Source of the DNA: Trichoplax adhaerens
Taxonomy: Eukaryota; Animalia; Placozoa
Direction: 5' to 3'
Assembly: GCF_000150275.1 (NCBI RefSeq)
Contig: NW_002060948.1
Location: 3,980,759-4,044,758 of the forward strand
Length of the DNA: 64,000 bases
Part shown: one piece after another, positions 11,364-24,030 of the stretch
How positions within the stretch are numbered: position 1 is the first letter of the stretch
How the letters are laid out: each line of letters opens with the position of its first letter
Notes under the pieces: model-generated
What the model saw: only the letters and a program-made list of their open reading frames with translations
Told to the model about the DNA's origin: nothing
Databases searched by the model: none
Translations under genes and position numbers: made by a program

Positions 11364-14300
11364 TTAAATAGGATTATAGTGGTGTAAGTGAATTAATCTT
11401 GAAGCTTCAGTGCTTTCGCGGCATAGTGGACATTCAGGCTTAGAGATATGAAAAAAATTAGGGATTTATATTGTAAATACACGCTAGAGCAAGAAATAAT
11501 ATTACTGCTGGCTAAGGGATTTATTTACCTTGGTTCTACACCATCCTGCTATGCAATGCCAGCAAAAGATATGGCCACAAGGTGTACAAGTAGGATGTTG
11601 GCACGATTCTAAACACAGGCAACATTTAATGTTCACCGTCGTTGAGACCTGATGGTGCATTTGCGAGGTTTCTTGATGTCCTTCAATAAACATATGAAAT
11701 ATTCGTCAATTATTTGATGCGTACGTATCTCACTCATTTTTACGAATCTATCGCTACATTTATTTACTCCTGCTTTTAGTAATGACTACAAATTAGGTTA
11801 CTATAATGTAAAGATAGAGAAAGCGGTATTTCAATTTAAATTATCTCTCCATTCATTGCACTGATAGTTGTATTGGTTTGTTTATTCAATCTAATTTTGT
11901 AATACTCAATTATGTGTCTTAGAAATATACATGATTTTAATGCAATTAATAAACAATTAACCTGGTATTAATGGATGATTACTTTGTGATGTGGATGGAC
12001 GAATATAAAGGGGCAACCACTGAATGATGGAAATAATCAACTGAATAAATGACAACCAACCCAATATTCGATATGTAATAGACGCCAATTGATCTTTCTC
12101 TGTTTCTCGTACTAGTATCTATAGATTGTTGATATATCAAGATAGGTTGGTTACAATGGTGATATTTTATAATACCGAAATTAATATTGCAAGTTTATTA
12201 CTACTGTAGTCCTTGCAATGCTAATTTATTTATTTTAGCTTTGCATCAGTAGTATGTCTGGATAAATTAATGTACACGGTTATATAGTAATTACAGTAAT
12301 AATAGTTTATACATTCAAATAGCTTGATTAGATACTTACATGTTTGATTCTAGTAAACCTTTTGGCGATATGATAAAAGACTCCATTGAAATAGAAAGAA
12401 ATGGTATGAATTTGTTGAAATACTATAAAAAGTCGATAGAGAAAAAATACAATTTCATTCTTGCTGCACGGATTGAAAGTAAATAGAATCCTAAAGTTGC
12501 GACAGAAAGTTAGATGGAATATACACGCATGTACTAGAGGTATAGAACAAATCTCTTTTACTATTACTATTTTCCTTACAGCTAATTAAATTTTTTAAGA
12601 CAGGAATCAATAATTTCAATCGTCTCCGATCTTCTTCGCTAAGGGTTCCTAAGTTATATAAGATAATAGCATTCATTGTAGTTTTTGAAGAAAGTATATT
12701 ACAATACATTTCCAAATACACGAGTCTGCTTACATCTAGTATAAAAATTATCGTCTCAATGCAAAATTATGATACTTACTTAATAATTCTGGAGATCTTA
12801 TCTCCTTTTCTAATTTACTTAATAGCTTTTCAAGCAAGTATGGAGTCAGTGTACTTAATAAAACCATCAATAAACGCCTCTATAGTAGAAGAAGTAGATA
12901 GAAATTTGTAAAAATCATCATTAGGTCGACTGAATATGACGACAACATTACGAGTATGCTTATGAATATTATTAGACCTACTGAAAATGATGGTATCGAT
13001 TTTCGTGTATCTTCCACCTGGATAAGATAGCAATACTCTTCACCAAGGGTTTGGTAGCCTATTTCGATATTATTAAATAGGAGCATAGTGCACTTGATAA
13101 GTTGATGTTTGATAAAGTAACTCCTTTATCAGCTCGTCTTTCCATCAATTCATTACTAAATCATGGACTCTTGAAAATTATGGGTAATTTCAAGAGTCCA
13201 TGACTAAGCAATATGACAATAAATCAGGTCAAAGTTGATAATTTACTATTGAATGCAGTAGATTCACTACAAGCATCTACTGTCAAGCTGTCAATAAATA
13301 CGCATAACAGATAATACAGTAGTTATTAATAGTGAGGAGCTAGAAATTCAAGTATTATTTTTTTAATCACTGCTGGCGTATTGTAATAGAATAAAGGTCT
13401 CTATTCAGTAAGAATATCATCATGATTCTTACCAATTGTACAATGTCATTATGAAAAATAATAATTAATTATTGTCATTTTAATCTTACGAATATAGACT
13501 AGCTAAATAACCATGGAAGCTTATTTTCAATATATAACAAACTAATTCATAAGAAATTACTCATAGATTGCATTGAGTTTGATTACAGTAGTGCTTGTGT
13601 GAGGATAAGATAGTACAACTTCAGTATAGATATATTAACAAGTAGCTTCATATGATTGCCTCAAGAGGACATCTAAATTGCGATATTTAGAGATTATTAT
13701 CCACATCGCTAGACCATACCAGATAGTGTGGATAATCCGAAATAAGCTAGTTCGGTAAGGATTTGCAATTCCCTTTGCCATTTAATCCACAGCCTGGAAC
13801 CTATCAAAGTATTGGTAAATTTTGATTGAAATCAAGCAGATAGTATACCTATGATATTTATCTTTGAAGTAAATTATTATCAATAGTGGCGTCATTTTTA
13901 TCCGTCAATTCAGTAATAAACTCTCGACTAATATTGTAGTCTCATTTATCTTTGTTCAGGTATTGCTAAGATATTAAAATAAGCGTATTCATCATTGTCT
14001 ATCACCGATGAATGCTTTATTTTTGTTGCTGATCTAAAACAGTTCGATTAGTGCATATTGTTTTCCTTGTAATTATCAGCAGCTGATTGAAAAGGTAAGG
14101 TTGAAAGTTTGCACTTGGCCGGCCGAGCTAAATGAGCTTGTGTAGGCAAAATGAATTATTATGGCATGATTGATAGGCGTAGAAACCTAGGGATAGATTA
14201 CCTACATCATGATCTTAAAACTGTATCTGACGTTGATAACATGAAAGCGATGAATTTAGCAATAAACAAGAGATTACAGTAATAGCCATTGATATGCTAT

Positions 14301-15424
14301 AGTACTGCAAATAAATACAGTGGGTTTCAAGGATACATGTGCCCCCATTGAACTGGATAAGTAATACTGTAAAAGTATGGACACAGTGGGATATTATCAA
14401 CCTTATATCGACTATCAATAACGCTGCTGCCGAATGGTGGTCAAACTTATTGTAATCCATTTAATCAAGAGCTATAAATTAGTACGATAGCTCGTCATCG
14501 CCATTGCAAATTATGGCATTCAACATCGACAATTGCACCGTTGCTGCTGATTCTCTACGGAGTACGGCGAGAAAAGAGGATTTGCGTCGGTGAATTTTGG
14601 TATCCATGATACTACAGTATATACGAACTACAATTACTGTACGTATATTGCTACTAGACGACTCTATTTCTGGACTGTGTACGTCGACAATGTATAATAT
14701 CATTGCTAGGACTTTTGTGTGGATGCACATACTCCTAGGTCGACTCAGCAAGAAATGCAGACCAATCCTTTACATTGACAAGTTGGATTACGCTGGATAG
14801 TACGTTGGATATAAAGTATCGGTGAGTCGAAGCACATGACTGGTGCTATTTGCCAACGAAATATGTCGACAACTTGTGAGCAGGTAGAGAGAGACATTGG
14901 CCAGCATGAACTATTGACCTGGATTTGCATTTACATATGATTCTATTGGGTACGTCTACTTGGATTAGGGTATAAGACTAAGTCGGCCTTCTATTGCTCT
15001 CTTTATCTACAGAATAAGTTGATAACATTGGCGTCTTGATGACCCAACATGACCGATTGATAGTTGTAGAGTTGATGTCGTTCTTTCAGCTCATTACAGT
15101 AGTCCTACGCGTAGAAAGTGGAGAGTGATTTTGAAAGTCATTGACAAGTGGAATTTGCAGTTGATGGATTGCAAAGCGAACGGCTCCACTCGTATCGTCA
15201 ACCCATCAACTCGCCTTTTGATCAACCAGTACAGTAGTAGGTGAGCAATCACACTATCAAGAGAGCAATGTCCATGATATCGTAGTCCTGAGGACTTTTA
15301 CTACTAGTATCTTACCAAGGATACCCCTGCTAACATCAGATGCAATATCTTTCAGCCAATTTAAGTAATAAACATCTTTTTGACTTGATCGAACTAATTC
15401 ATCAGCTCCAGGTTGCGAGTCCAT
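11364..15424 (-). CDS. PEX10: Peroxisome biogenesis factor 10 (Pex2/Pex12 N-terminal domain plus C3HC4 RING), 9 coding exons
   Basis: Exons (minus) 15424-15316, 13800-13720, 13058-12982, 12889-12780, 12648-12580, 12422-12340, 12118-11962, 11680-11529, 11438-11364. Motifs [45 protein letters not shown] and [43 protein letters not shown]. Confidence 0.96.
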
Positions 15425-15683
15425 TTTCAACGGGTGACAATCATAACATGCAATGGATGACAGTGTCCAAAATAATCAATCTTAATCCAGTAATACTATT
15501 GGACTTTGCAACGTCTTGTAATAGCCAATAGACCCACAAAAGAAGAGGATAAACGTTCAATTTCCACTTGAGATGGCTGCAATCGCCATACAATTCATCA
15601 TTTCCAGCCAAGCTGTTGCTCGATTGGGCGTTGGACCCCCCCAAAGGTCAGAAAATCGATCTAGACCGACTCAGTAGGACAAT

Positions 15684-17575
15684 CCCATACAGCAACCAGG
15701 GTTGTGTTCTAGATCATCGTTAGTGCTCTAGACGTTGAGTGGAACTAATGCATTTGCTGTAACTACTGTGTACTGGTTAGAACTCGAGCTAGCTGTATAA
15801 TGGCCACTATGCAGACAGGAGATGTACTGCGATTCAGTATAAAAATTCCATACAGTAGGTAGGGTTGGGCTCTAAACTATCGCCAGTGCTTTAGACGTTG
15901 ACTGGAACTAATGCATTTGCTGTAACTACTGTGTACTGGTTAGAACTCGAGCTAGCTGTATAGTGGCCACTATGCAGACAGGAGATGTACTGCGATTCAG
16001 TATAAGAATTCCATACAGTAGGTAGGGTTGGGCTCTAAACTATCGTCAGTGCTCTAGTTATTGAATGGAACTAATGCATTTGCTGTAACTACTGTGTACT
16101 GGTTAGAACTCGAGCTAGCTGTATAGTAGCCACTATGCAGAAAGGAGATGTTTTACGATTCAGTATAAGAATTCGATACAGTAGGTAGGGTTGGGCTCTA
16201 AACTATCGCCAGTGCTCTAGACGTTGACTGGAACCGATGCATTTGCTGCAACTACTGTCTACTGGATAGAACTCGAGCTAGCTGTATAGTGGCCACTATG
16301 CAGACAGGAGATGTGCTGCGATTCAGTATAAGAATTCCATACAGTAGGTAGGGTTGGGCTCTAAACTATCGTCAGTGCTCTAGTTGTTGACTGGAACTAA
16401 TGCATTTGCTGTAACTACTGTGTACTGGTTAGAACTCGAGCTAGCTGTATAGTAGCCACTATCCAGAAAGGAGATGTTTTACGATTCAGTATAAGAATTC
16501 GATACAGTAGGTAGGGTTGGGCTCTAAACTATCGTCAGTGCTCTAGACGTTGACTGGAACTAATGCATTTGCTACAACTACTGTATACTGGATAGAACAG
16601 TAGGTAGTTGTATAGTGGCCACTATCCAGACAGGAGATATACTACGATTCAGTATAAGAACTCCATGCAGTGGGTAGGGTTGGGCTCTAAACTATCGCCA
16701 GTGCTCTAGACGTTGACTGGAACCGATGCATTTGCTGCAACTGCTGTCTACTGGATAGAACTCGAGCTAGCTGTATAGTGGCCACTATGCAGACAGGAGA
16801 TGTACTACGATTCAGTAGAAGAATTCGATACAGTAGGTAGGGTTACGCTCTAAACTATCGCCAGCGCTCTAGACGTTGACTGGAACCGATGCAGTTGCTG
16901 CAACTACTGTATACAGGATAGTACAGTAGGTAGTTGTATAGTGGCCACTATGCAGACAGGAGATGTACTACGATTCAGTAGAAGAATTCGATACAGTAGG
17001 TAGGGTTGCGCTCTAAACTATCGCCAGCGCTCTAGACGTTGACTGGAACCGATGCATTTGCTGCAACTACTATATACTGGTTAGAACTCGAGCTAGCTGT
17101 ATAGTAGCCACTATGCAGAAAGGAGATGTTTTACGATTCAGTCTAAGAATTCCATACAGTAGGTAGGGCTACGCTCTAAACTATCATGAGTTGTCTATAA
17201 CTTGACTGGAACAAATGGATCTGATAGAACTAGACTGGATAGAACAGTAGGGAGCTCTGTCATAGCCACTAGGCAGAAAAAATGATCTTCTACTGTACCA
17301 TTTAGACATTCAGTAGAACAATCTTCCAGGATTTATAGCCACAAGGCAGAAAGGAAAGGATCCAAGATTCAGTCTCAAAATCGCATACAGTGGCTAGAAT
17401 AGAGTTGGAAACCATAGCGCGTTATCTATAGTAAATGTATACGATGTTACGTTACTGTATGGAACAGAAGGTAGCTGTATCATAGCCACTAAGTGGAAAG
17501 GGAATTTTCTAGGATTCACTATAGGAATTCCATACAGTAGATAGGATTACGCTCTAAACTAGAGTTAGCTGTCTA
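15684..17575. repeat. 163-bp satellite array (~9 well-conserved copies plus degenerate ones)
   Basis: GGAAC(T/C)(A/G)ATGCA motif at exact 163-bp spacing (15743, 15906, 16069, 16232 ... 17047); degenerates after ~17200. Confidence 0.95.
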
Positions 17576-18479
17576 TAATAAATCGAGAAGTTCTTGATGT
17601 CTTATATTGACTGTTCCGTACAGTAGATCAATTCCTATACTGAATCGTATAAAGCCTCATACAGGATCGATTGTGGCTGAAGGACCCTGTCTTAGCCATC
17701 GCTGCCTCATTCTACTGTATGGAATAGCCGCTAGCAATATAGGAATTGTATAAGCTATCCAACAAAAGTTTACTTTTGTAAGAAGCAGTCTGGTCTAAGC
17801 CGTGGGACTGACGGTGCACTTTGTTCTACATTGACGCAAACAGCAGTATGGAAAAGAGGTTTTGACTACGTCCAATCCACCCCATGCCAAGTTTATCCTT
17901 CTCGTCAGGTCTTGGACACCATTTTTGATTTGTTCTCTCTATTCATGGCTGCTGCTCCTCCAAACTTCTACCAATCATTCATCGATGTCAAGCTGTAAAC
18001 AAGTTTATTAATCGACTAGCAATCATTCATCCCGGAGTAAGTTGATCCTATCTTATAGGCTTGATGGATGCTTTAACATTGAGTTGGCATCATTTGTCTT
18101 GACGTAATCTATATTGACTGTATCGTTTGAAAGCTGATCTAGGTAGCTTGAGGCATGTCGTCTTGGAGCAATGGTTGAGTAAATTGCATCTGATTTATCA
18201 ATCGCTCTTTTAAAATCGACCTGCCACCATGGATATTAGCATACAGTACTATACTACAGTGACTGCATGACTTTAGAGTTGATCAACGATTGGTGAGTTG
18301 ATGTTCTCTGAAACTCTCTCGTCATTTCTCCAGCGATCATCAATCCTCCTTCATCAAGTGAATGAATGCACGTTACCATGTACTTGGACTATCTACTCGT
18401 ATACGAATCAATGTTCTATACAGTGGCTGTGTCATTTTACAGTAGATCCATGATTCTCCATTAATGGAAGATCTTAGTA

Positions 18480-19880
18480 AGCCTGTAGTGATTTTCAAGT
18501 CAGTTCATCGCATTCCGGTGAATACAAACTGAGCTTACAGCTTAGACCATTTGTATTATTATCGTACTGTACAATGATGGATGATTTTATAGCGGATTGA
18601 TGCCATGTGAAAACATCGCATCAATTGTCTAGCGATCTTCACCTAACTTAATCGCATTCCAGTCCATACAAACTGAGCTTACAGCTTAGACCATTTGTAT
18701 TATTATCGTACTGTACAATGATGGATGATTTTATAGCGGATTGATGCCATGTAAAAAGATCGCAATAATTGTCTAGCAATCTTCAGTAAGTTCATCGCAT
18801 TCCAGTCAATACAAACTGAGGTTATAGCTTAGACCATTTGTATTATTATCGTACTATACAACAATATATACTGTACTGTGATGGATGATTTTATAGCGGA
18901 TTGATGCCATGTGAAAACATCGCATCAATTGTCTAGCGATCTTCATCTAACTTAATCGCATTCCAGTCAATACAAACTGAGCTTATAGCTTTGACCATTT
19001 GTATTATTATCGTACTATACAACAATATATACTGTACTGTGATGGATGATTTTATAGCGGATTGATGCCATGTGAAAACATCGCATCAATTGTCTAGCGA
19101 TCTTCATCTAACTTAATCGCATTCCAGTCAATACAAACTGAGCTTACAGCTTAGACCATTGGTTTTATGATCGTACTATACAACACTATATACTGTGATG
19201 GATGATTTTATAGCGGATTGATGCCATGTGAAATCATCGCATTAATTGTCTACATCATTCATTAATCCTTCACTGGGTTAATCGTATCAGAGTGAATGGA
19301 TGTTCCAAAATGCTTTCATTTCATAGCTTAGACCACCTCTATTCACGTACAGTAACTATGCAGTGATAGCATGCTTTATAGTTGGTCAACGATTTCGCTT
19401 GATGAATGTAAAAATAGATCTTGTAAATCCTTTAGCGATCCTTCAGTAAGGTAATTACATTACAGTTCATGAATATTCCAAAATACTTTCACTTGATAAC
19501 TTAGACTACCTATATTCACGTACAGTACCATGCAGTAACACCATGATTTAAAGATGATCAATGATTCGCTCGATGAATGTTATGTGAAAATATATCTCAT
19601 GAATCTTTAGCCATTCTTCAATAAGTTCATCATATCAGTCTTAATGAATATTCTAAAATACTTTCATTTGATAACTTAAACTACCTATATTCACCTACAA
19701 TACTATGCAATAACAGCATGATTTAGAGTTAATCATCTCTCTAATAATTAATTATTAATAGCATGTGAAAATATCTTATAAATCCTCTGGCCATCCTTCA
19801 GCCAGTTCATCGCATCAAACTTAATAAATGTTTCAAAATTGAGCTTAGACTGTCTACTGTGTATTAACCATTTAACCTAC
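18480..19880. repeat. 143/161-bp tandem repeat array upstream of COPS7
   Basis: TACAAACTGAG at 18523, 18666, 18810, 18971 and 19132 (143, 144, 161, 161 bp); degenerate copies continue to ~19860. Confidence 0.92.
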
Positions 19881-20147
19881 AGTACTATACTGTGACTCTT
19901 GATAATAATCCAATAGCGTGCCAACAACTTACCTCACATCATATTTTAAGTTAACCAGATAACAAAGATAAAAGGCCCATTTCTAGCAACATATACCTCC
20001 TATACCTCTCGAGGATAGTTTCAATTGCTTATAATCTACTAAACCTGATCTTTGTTATCAATATTACATAGGCACCATTTCTGACAGGATACGCTAAGCA
20101 ATCAAGGCTGACTCTTTCAACATACTAAACCAAAATTCGGCAAGTTA

Positions 20148-21896
20148 ATGGCTAGCGAGCAATCTTCCGCAGTGTTATTACCTGCTAATCCTATAGAGCA
20201 ATACGTTATTTTAGCTAAAAATTTCCATGGTAGTGCTATTGTTTCACTTATAAATCAAGCCTTGGATGCTAATGGAGTATATATCTTTGGTGAATTATTG
20301 GAACAACCATCCGTTCAGGAAATAGCTGAAGGCCCTGATGCAAAGTATTACAAGTTGTTAAAGTTATTTGCTTATGGTATTTGCAGTGATTACGAAGGTA
20401 AAATTACAGTAATGATTACATATTATATGAGACAATGCAATATTCATAGTAATAGATATTAATAACGAAAGGGATACAGTTTTGCCGATCATTGTACAAC
20501 AAATATTATTTAGCCAAGGAATTCAACCATAGCATTTACCATTTTGACTATATTAAAATCTTGTAGAGAATAAGGACGAATTACCTGAGCTGACCCTTAT
20601 TCAAAGGCGAAAACTTCAACAATTAACTATAGTCTCCCTAGCATCCAAGAACAAAGTAAGTTCAATAATTCAAGAGAATAGTGTAGCGTATACAATAGTG
20701 TAAGTCAATATCAACAAGTATTTGGCATCAAACACGATCCGATATCGTATGAGTACATTTCATGAAAAAGGGATTATTTGACTAAACAATTGGTATATAC
20801 ATGTAAATAAATTGCTTTGCTAAGTGATCCTACTGTCTCTTCCAGCGTATTCCGTATCATGAATTACAATCACAGCTAGGCATTAACGACTTAAGAGAAC
20901 TAGAGGTAAGTGAATTGTACATTAAGTCACCTATGATGGTTTTAGTGTCAAAGTTTTTGGTAGAGATGGTATTCAATTCTATTATCTATTGCCTTCTTTT
21001 AAGTAATAATTTTACGTACGCTACATTTACTCAGATCAGTAAGCGTTGTTTGTATCATACATAAAAGGATCTAATTATTGAAACCATCTACACTGGCATT
21101 ATTGAAGGCAAATTAGACCAACAAGAACAAATGGTAACTAGTTGCTGCACTCAATTGTGTTAATATTGACATTTAGGCTTTGCATATTTTAACATTGATC
21201 AGATGTCATGTTAAAGTTGTAACCAGTCTTTAATTCTTTATTAGTTTGAGGTAGATTTTGCAATAAGTCGAGATGTCCGATCAGATTCTGTCGATGAAAT
21301 CATTAATACACTAGAAACTTGGTATGTTGATGACATAACTGCTGATATTCTTACTCAATTTATATGGAATCCCAAGAACTTTTGCACTTTGATTTCTAGC
21401 GATATTAATTACTGGTTAATTTATAATGAGATAGGTGCAATAGGTGTGATAGTACATTGAAAGATTTAGAAGATGAAATTCGGAAAGCCAATAGTGTCAA
21501 AGCAGAAAAGGAGGCTGCAAAAAATGAAATTAAAAACAAGGTAATGAAACAATTTTATTGTACTTTGGTATTCCTTAGTGGTAGTTATACTTCATCATAA
21601 AACACCAGTCGGAGTTCGGAGTGACACTTGGCTCTGATGCCCTAGTTGGCATAGTGGTTTATGGATGTTGATGAATGAACTATTGATGAACCGGCTAAAA
21701 AAAATGCATGATTCAAATATATATTGATGTCAAACTTTAGATTGAGAAAATTAAAGCCATGATCAAAGAGGAAGCAGCTGCAAGTGGTAGTGCAACGTCT
21801 CCAGGAAAAAAAGAAACTCCTTCTTATTTGAAATTACCCAAAAAAGTTCCTCGAGAAGGAGGAGGACTACGTGGAAGTAAAGTGGGACGAGATTAA
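20148..21896 (+). CDS. COPS7: COP9 signalosome subunit 7 (PCI domain), 7 coding exons
   Basis: Exons 20148-20397, 20567-20655, 20846-20905, 21068-21133, 21245-21321, 21435-21540, 21741-21896. Motifs NPIEQYVILAK, GVYIFGELLE, LLKLFAYG, KLQQLTIVSLA, LRELEDLII, GKLDQ and C-terminal GLRGS; AATAAA near 22023. Confidence 0.95.
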
Positions 21897-23586
21897 TGTG
21901 TTAAGACTCTGATTTACAGCTAATATTATTGAGTTCGTTTGGTCGAATATTTATAGTGATAAATACATGTACTATCTCAACTAATATGATAGGGGATTAG
22001 GATAACTGTATGTACAATATACAATAAAAGTAACCTTAAGTGGTAGAGTCGTGTAACGTATTTGTATTATTACTGTACGATAAAACAAAAATTTACTAAA
22101 GCATTTCGATACTACTTTGACGATCATGATGCGATTTGCGGTGTCATACGGATATTGGTTATCCTATATTTTATCCATATCATCGCAGGCAATAGGGCTA
22201 GTTGCATATAACATCGTGTTTGATCGTCTCATTCGTAATATAACTGAGCTTTTGTTACTACTTATGAAAGTAGTTTTGTTTATTTGATATATATATAATG
22301 CTTAGTAACTGTCTGAAGATTACTTCAGTATTGCACTTCGTTATTAAGAACACTTGATTCCAGTCTAGGTTATAACCATATTTGTATTGAGCTGAGAGTG
22401 TCTCATACACTCGTATAAAGCCTAGATGGAATACTGGCTTTTTTTTGTATACAAGTTGTTGAATATACGAGCGGTGATTTTAAAGCCTGCTTTTATTACT
22501 ACGCTATTACAAATTAAAGGTGAGAATTCCAGTTAGAGTATGCGAAGTCATTTTGAATTTTTACAATCTTGATAGTAAAATTGGATGGTTCTTTGCTAGA
22601 GCGCGCTATTGCTATCATGATTATTACTTGTAGCACTTGTAATTTTATAACTTTTATTTCTACCTACTATATAAATTACGTAGCAATCTATATGTCTCTT
22701 TGGTCAGTATGCTAGTGACTATCTTTCTCTCGCCATAAATTGATTGGTGGTGTACTACAGTATTTAGGGTTGATCAGAGTTATTTTGGCCCTCATCACTA
22801 TACTCAGTAGATGATTGCATGGACTCTTTGTATATTATAATGGAAATTGTTTAGCTATCTCAATTACTGTTGGCAGATTATTCTATCAGGTGACTAGTTG
22901 ATCGTGAAAGATCTTTCTCTCTACCTTTCGCCAAATTACTACAATAAGATCGAACGAAGGAATCTGGAGGATCGATAAGATATCATGCACTACGAGTCAC
23001 TGATTACTTACTCAGACTACTCCTAGCCATTATTGTAATATGCATTATGCAAGACTTCCAACCACTTGGTCGATATAAAGGAAAAATGCACACATCAAAT
23101 ACTGTTGATATTATTAACCATCAATGTTTATTTTGCAATGCGGTAGCCAGAGCCATTTTCCCCAAACGTTTATCACCATTGAGAACGGTGCAGTGCTCTA
23201 CAGTATCTCCAATCAAGCAGACTCATTTGTAGTTATTGTAGTATGCATTATGCAAGATTTGCCACCGCATATTGAATTAGCGATTCTAAAGTATTTATTT
23301 TCAATACAGTAATAACAGCCGCTTCTGCAAAATAGGTGTCACAAGGATAGACATAGTCATAAACTAGGAATTGCACAGTAAACTACAGTCTCTCCAATCA
23401 GACAGGCTGTGAACGAGATGTTTAATGTGCATTTCTAAAACAATTTCTTATTAATAACGTAAAGTCTACGCTTATGAGATAGATTCTATCCACTTTATGA
23501 CATCGCTCATTCCATTTCTGCAGCCGTTCTTGCTGCGAATTTCCTTCAGTCCCTCCATCCGTTTGTCCATCCGACACCTCTGTAAG

Positions 23587-23668
23587 TCGTGATCACGACG
23601 TGAACACTACGTGATCACCAGACGTGTCGAGGGTGTCCCAGTAGAGTGTACGTAGTGTAGAGCGTGCG
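23587..23668 (+). promoter_or_regulatory. Cluster of RCGTG (HRE/bHLH-PAS-type) motifs in the putative GAPDH promoter
   Basis: ACGTG at 23598, 23609 and 23622, GCGTG at 23662, and palindrome TCGTGATCACGA at 23587; about 400 bp upstream of the predicted first exon. Confidence 0.5.
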
Positions 23669-24004
23669 TCACCCTCATCGAACGAGAGCCAAGGAGATGC
23701 TTCCAGAATGATCACATGACCCTATTAAGCAATGGTGAGTGGCTTGACTTCATGAATGAGTATTGAGTAGGTGGGCGACGGTGACTCTTTTTGCAGACCT
23801 TTCAATACTTTGATCAACATGCTCATCCATCTGTGCTACCGACTAGGATTACACTGCACCAACAGCGTATTATGCTATCTTGTTACACGGAGCACAGATG
23901 GACGCGTCAACACATCGAGTGTGACGCTACTGTACGAGGGTTGAACACAAAATCGTACGTACTACACTAGTACAAAAGGCTTGACGCAAATTGACTGGTT
24001 ACAG

Positions 24005-24030
24005 TCCGGATTTCCTCCTTCTGCAAGCTG
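24005..24030 (+). promoter_or_regulatory. Probable non-coding first exon of GAPDH with a pyrimidine-rich (TCT/TOP-like) start
   Basis: TTTCCTCCTTCT followed by the strong donor G|GTAAGT at 24031; a suitable acceptor TTCTTATGCTGCAG ends at 25473, 52 nt before the GAPDH ATG. Confidence 0.55.

Noticed and set aside
15684-17200. Regular repeat array as a possible CRISPR
   Set aside because: Whole units repeat with no unique spacers, the context is eukaryotic, and there are no cas genes
23030-23410. ~190-200-bp degenerate duplication with ORFs 23047 and 23124
   Set aside because: A two-copy decayed local duplication with no coding signal
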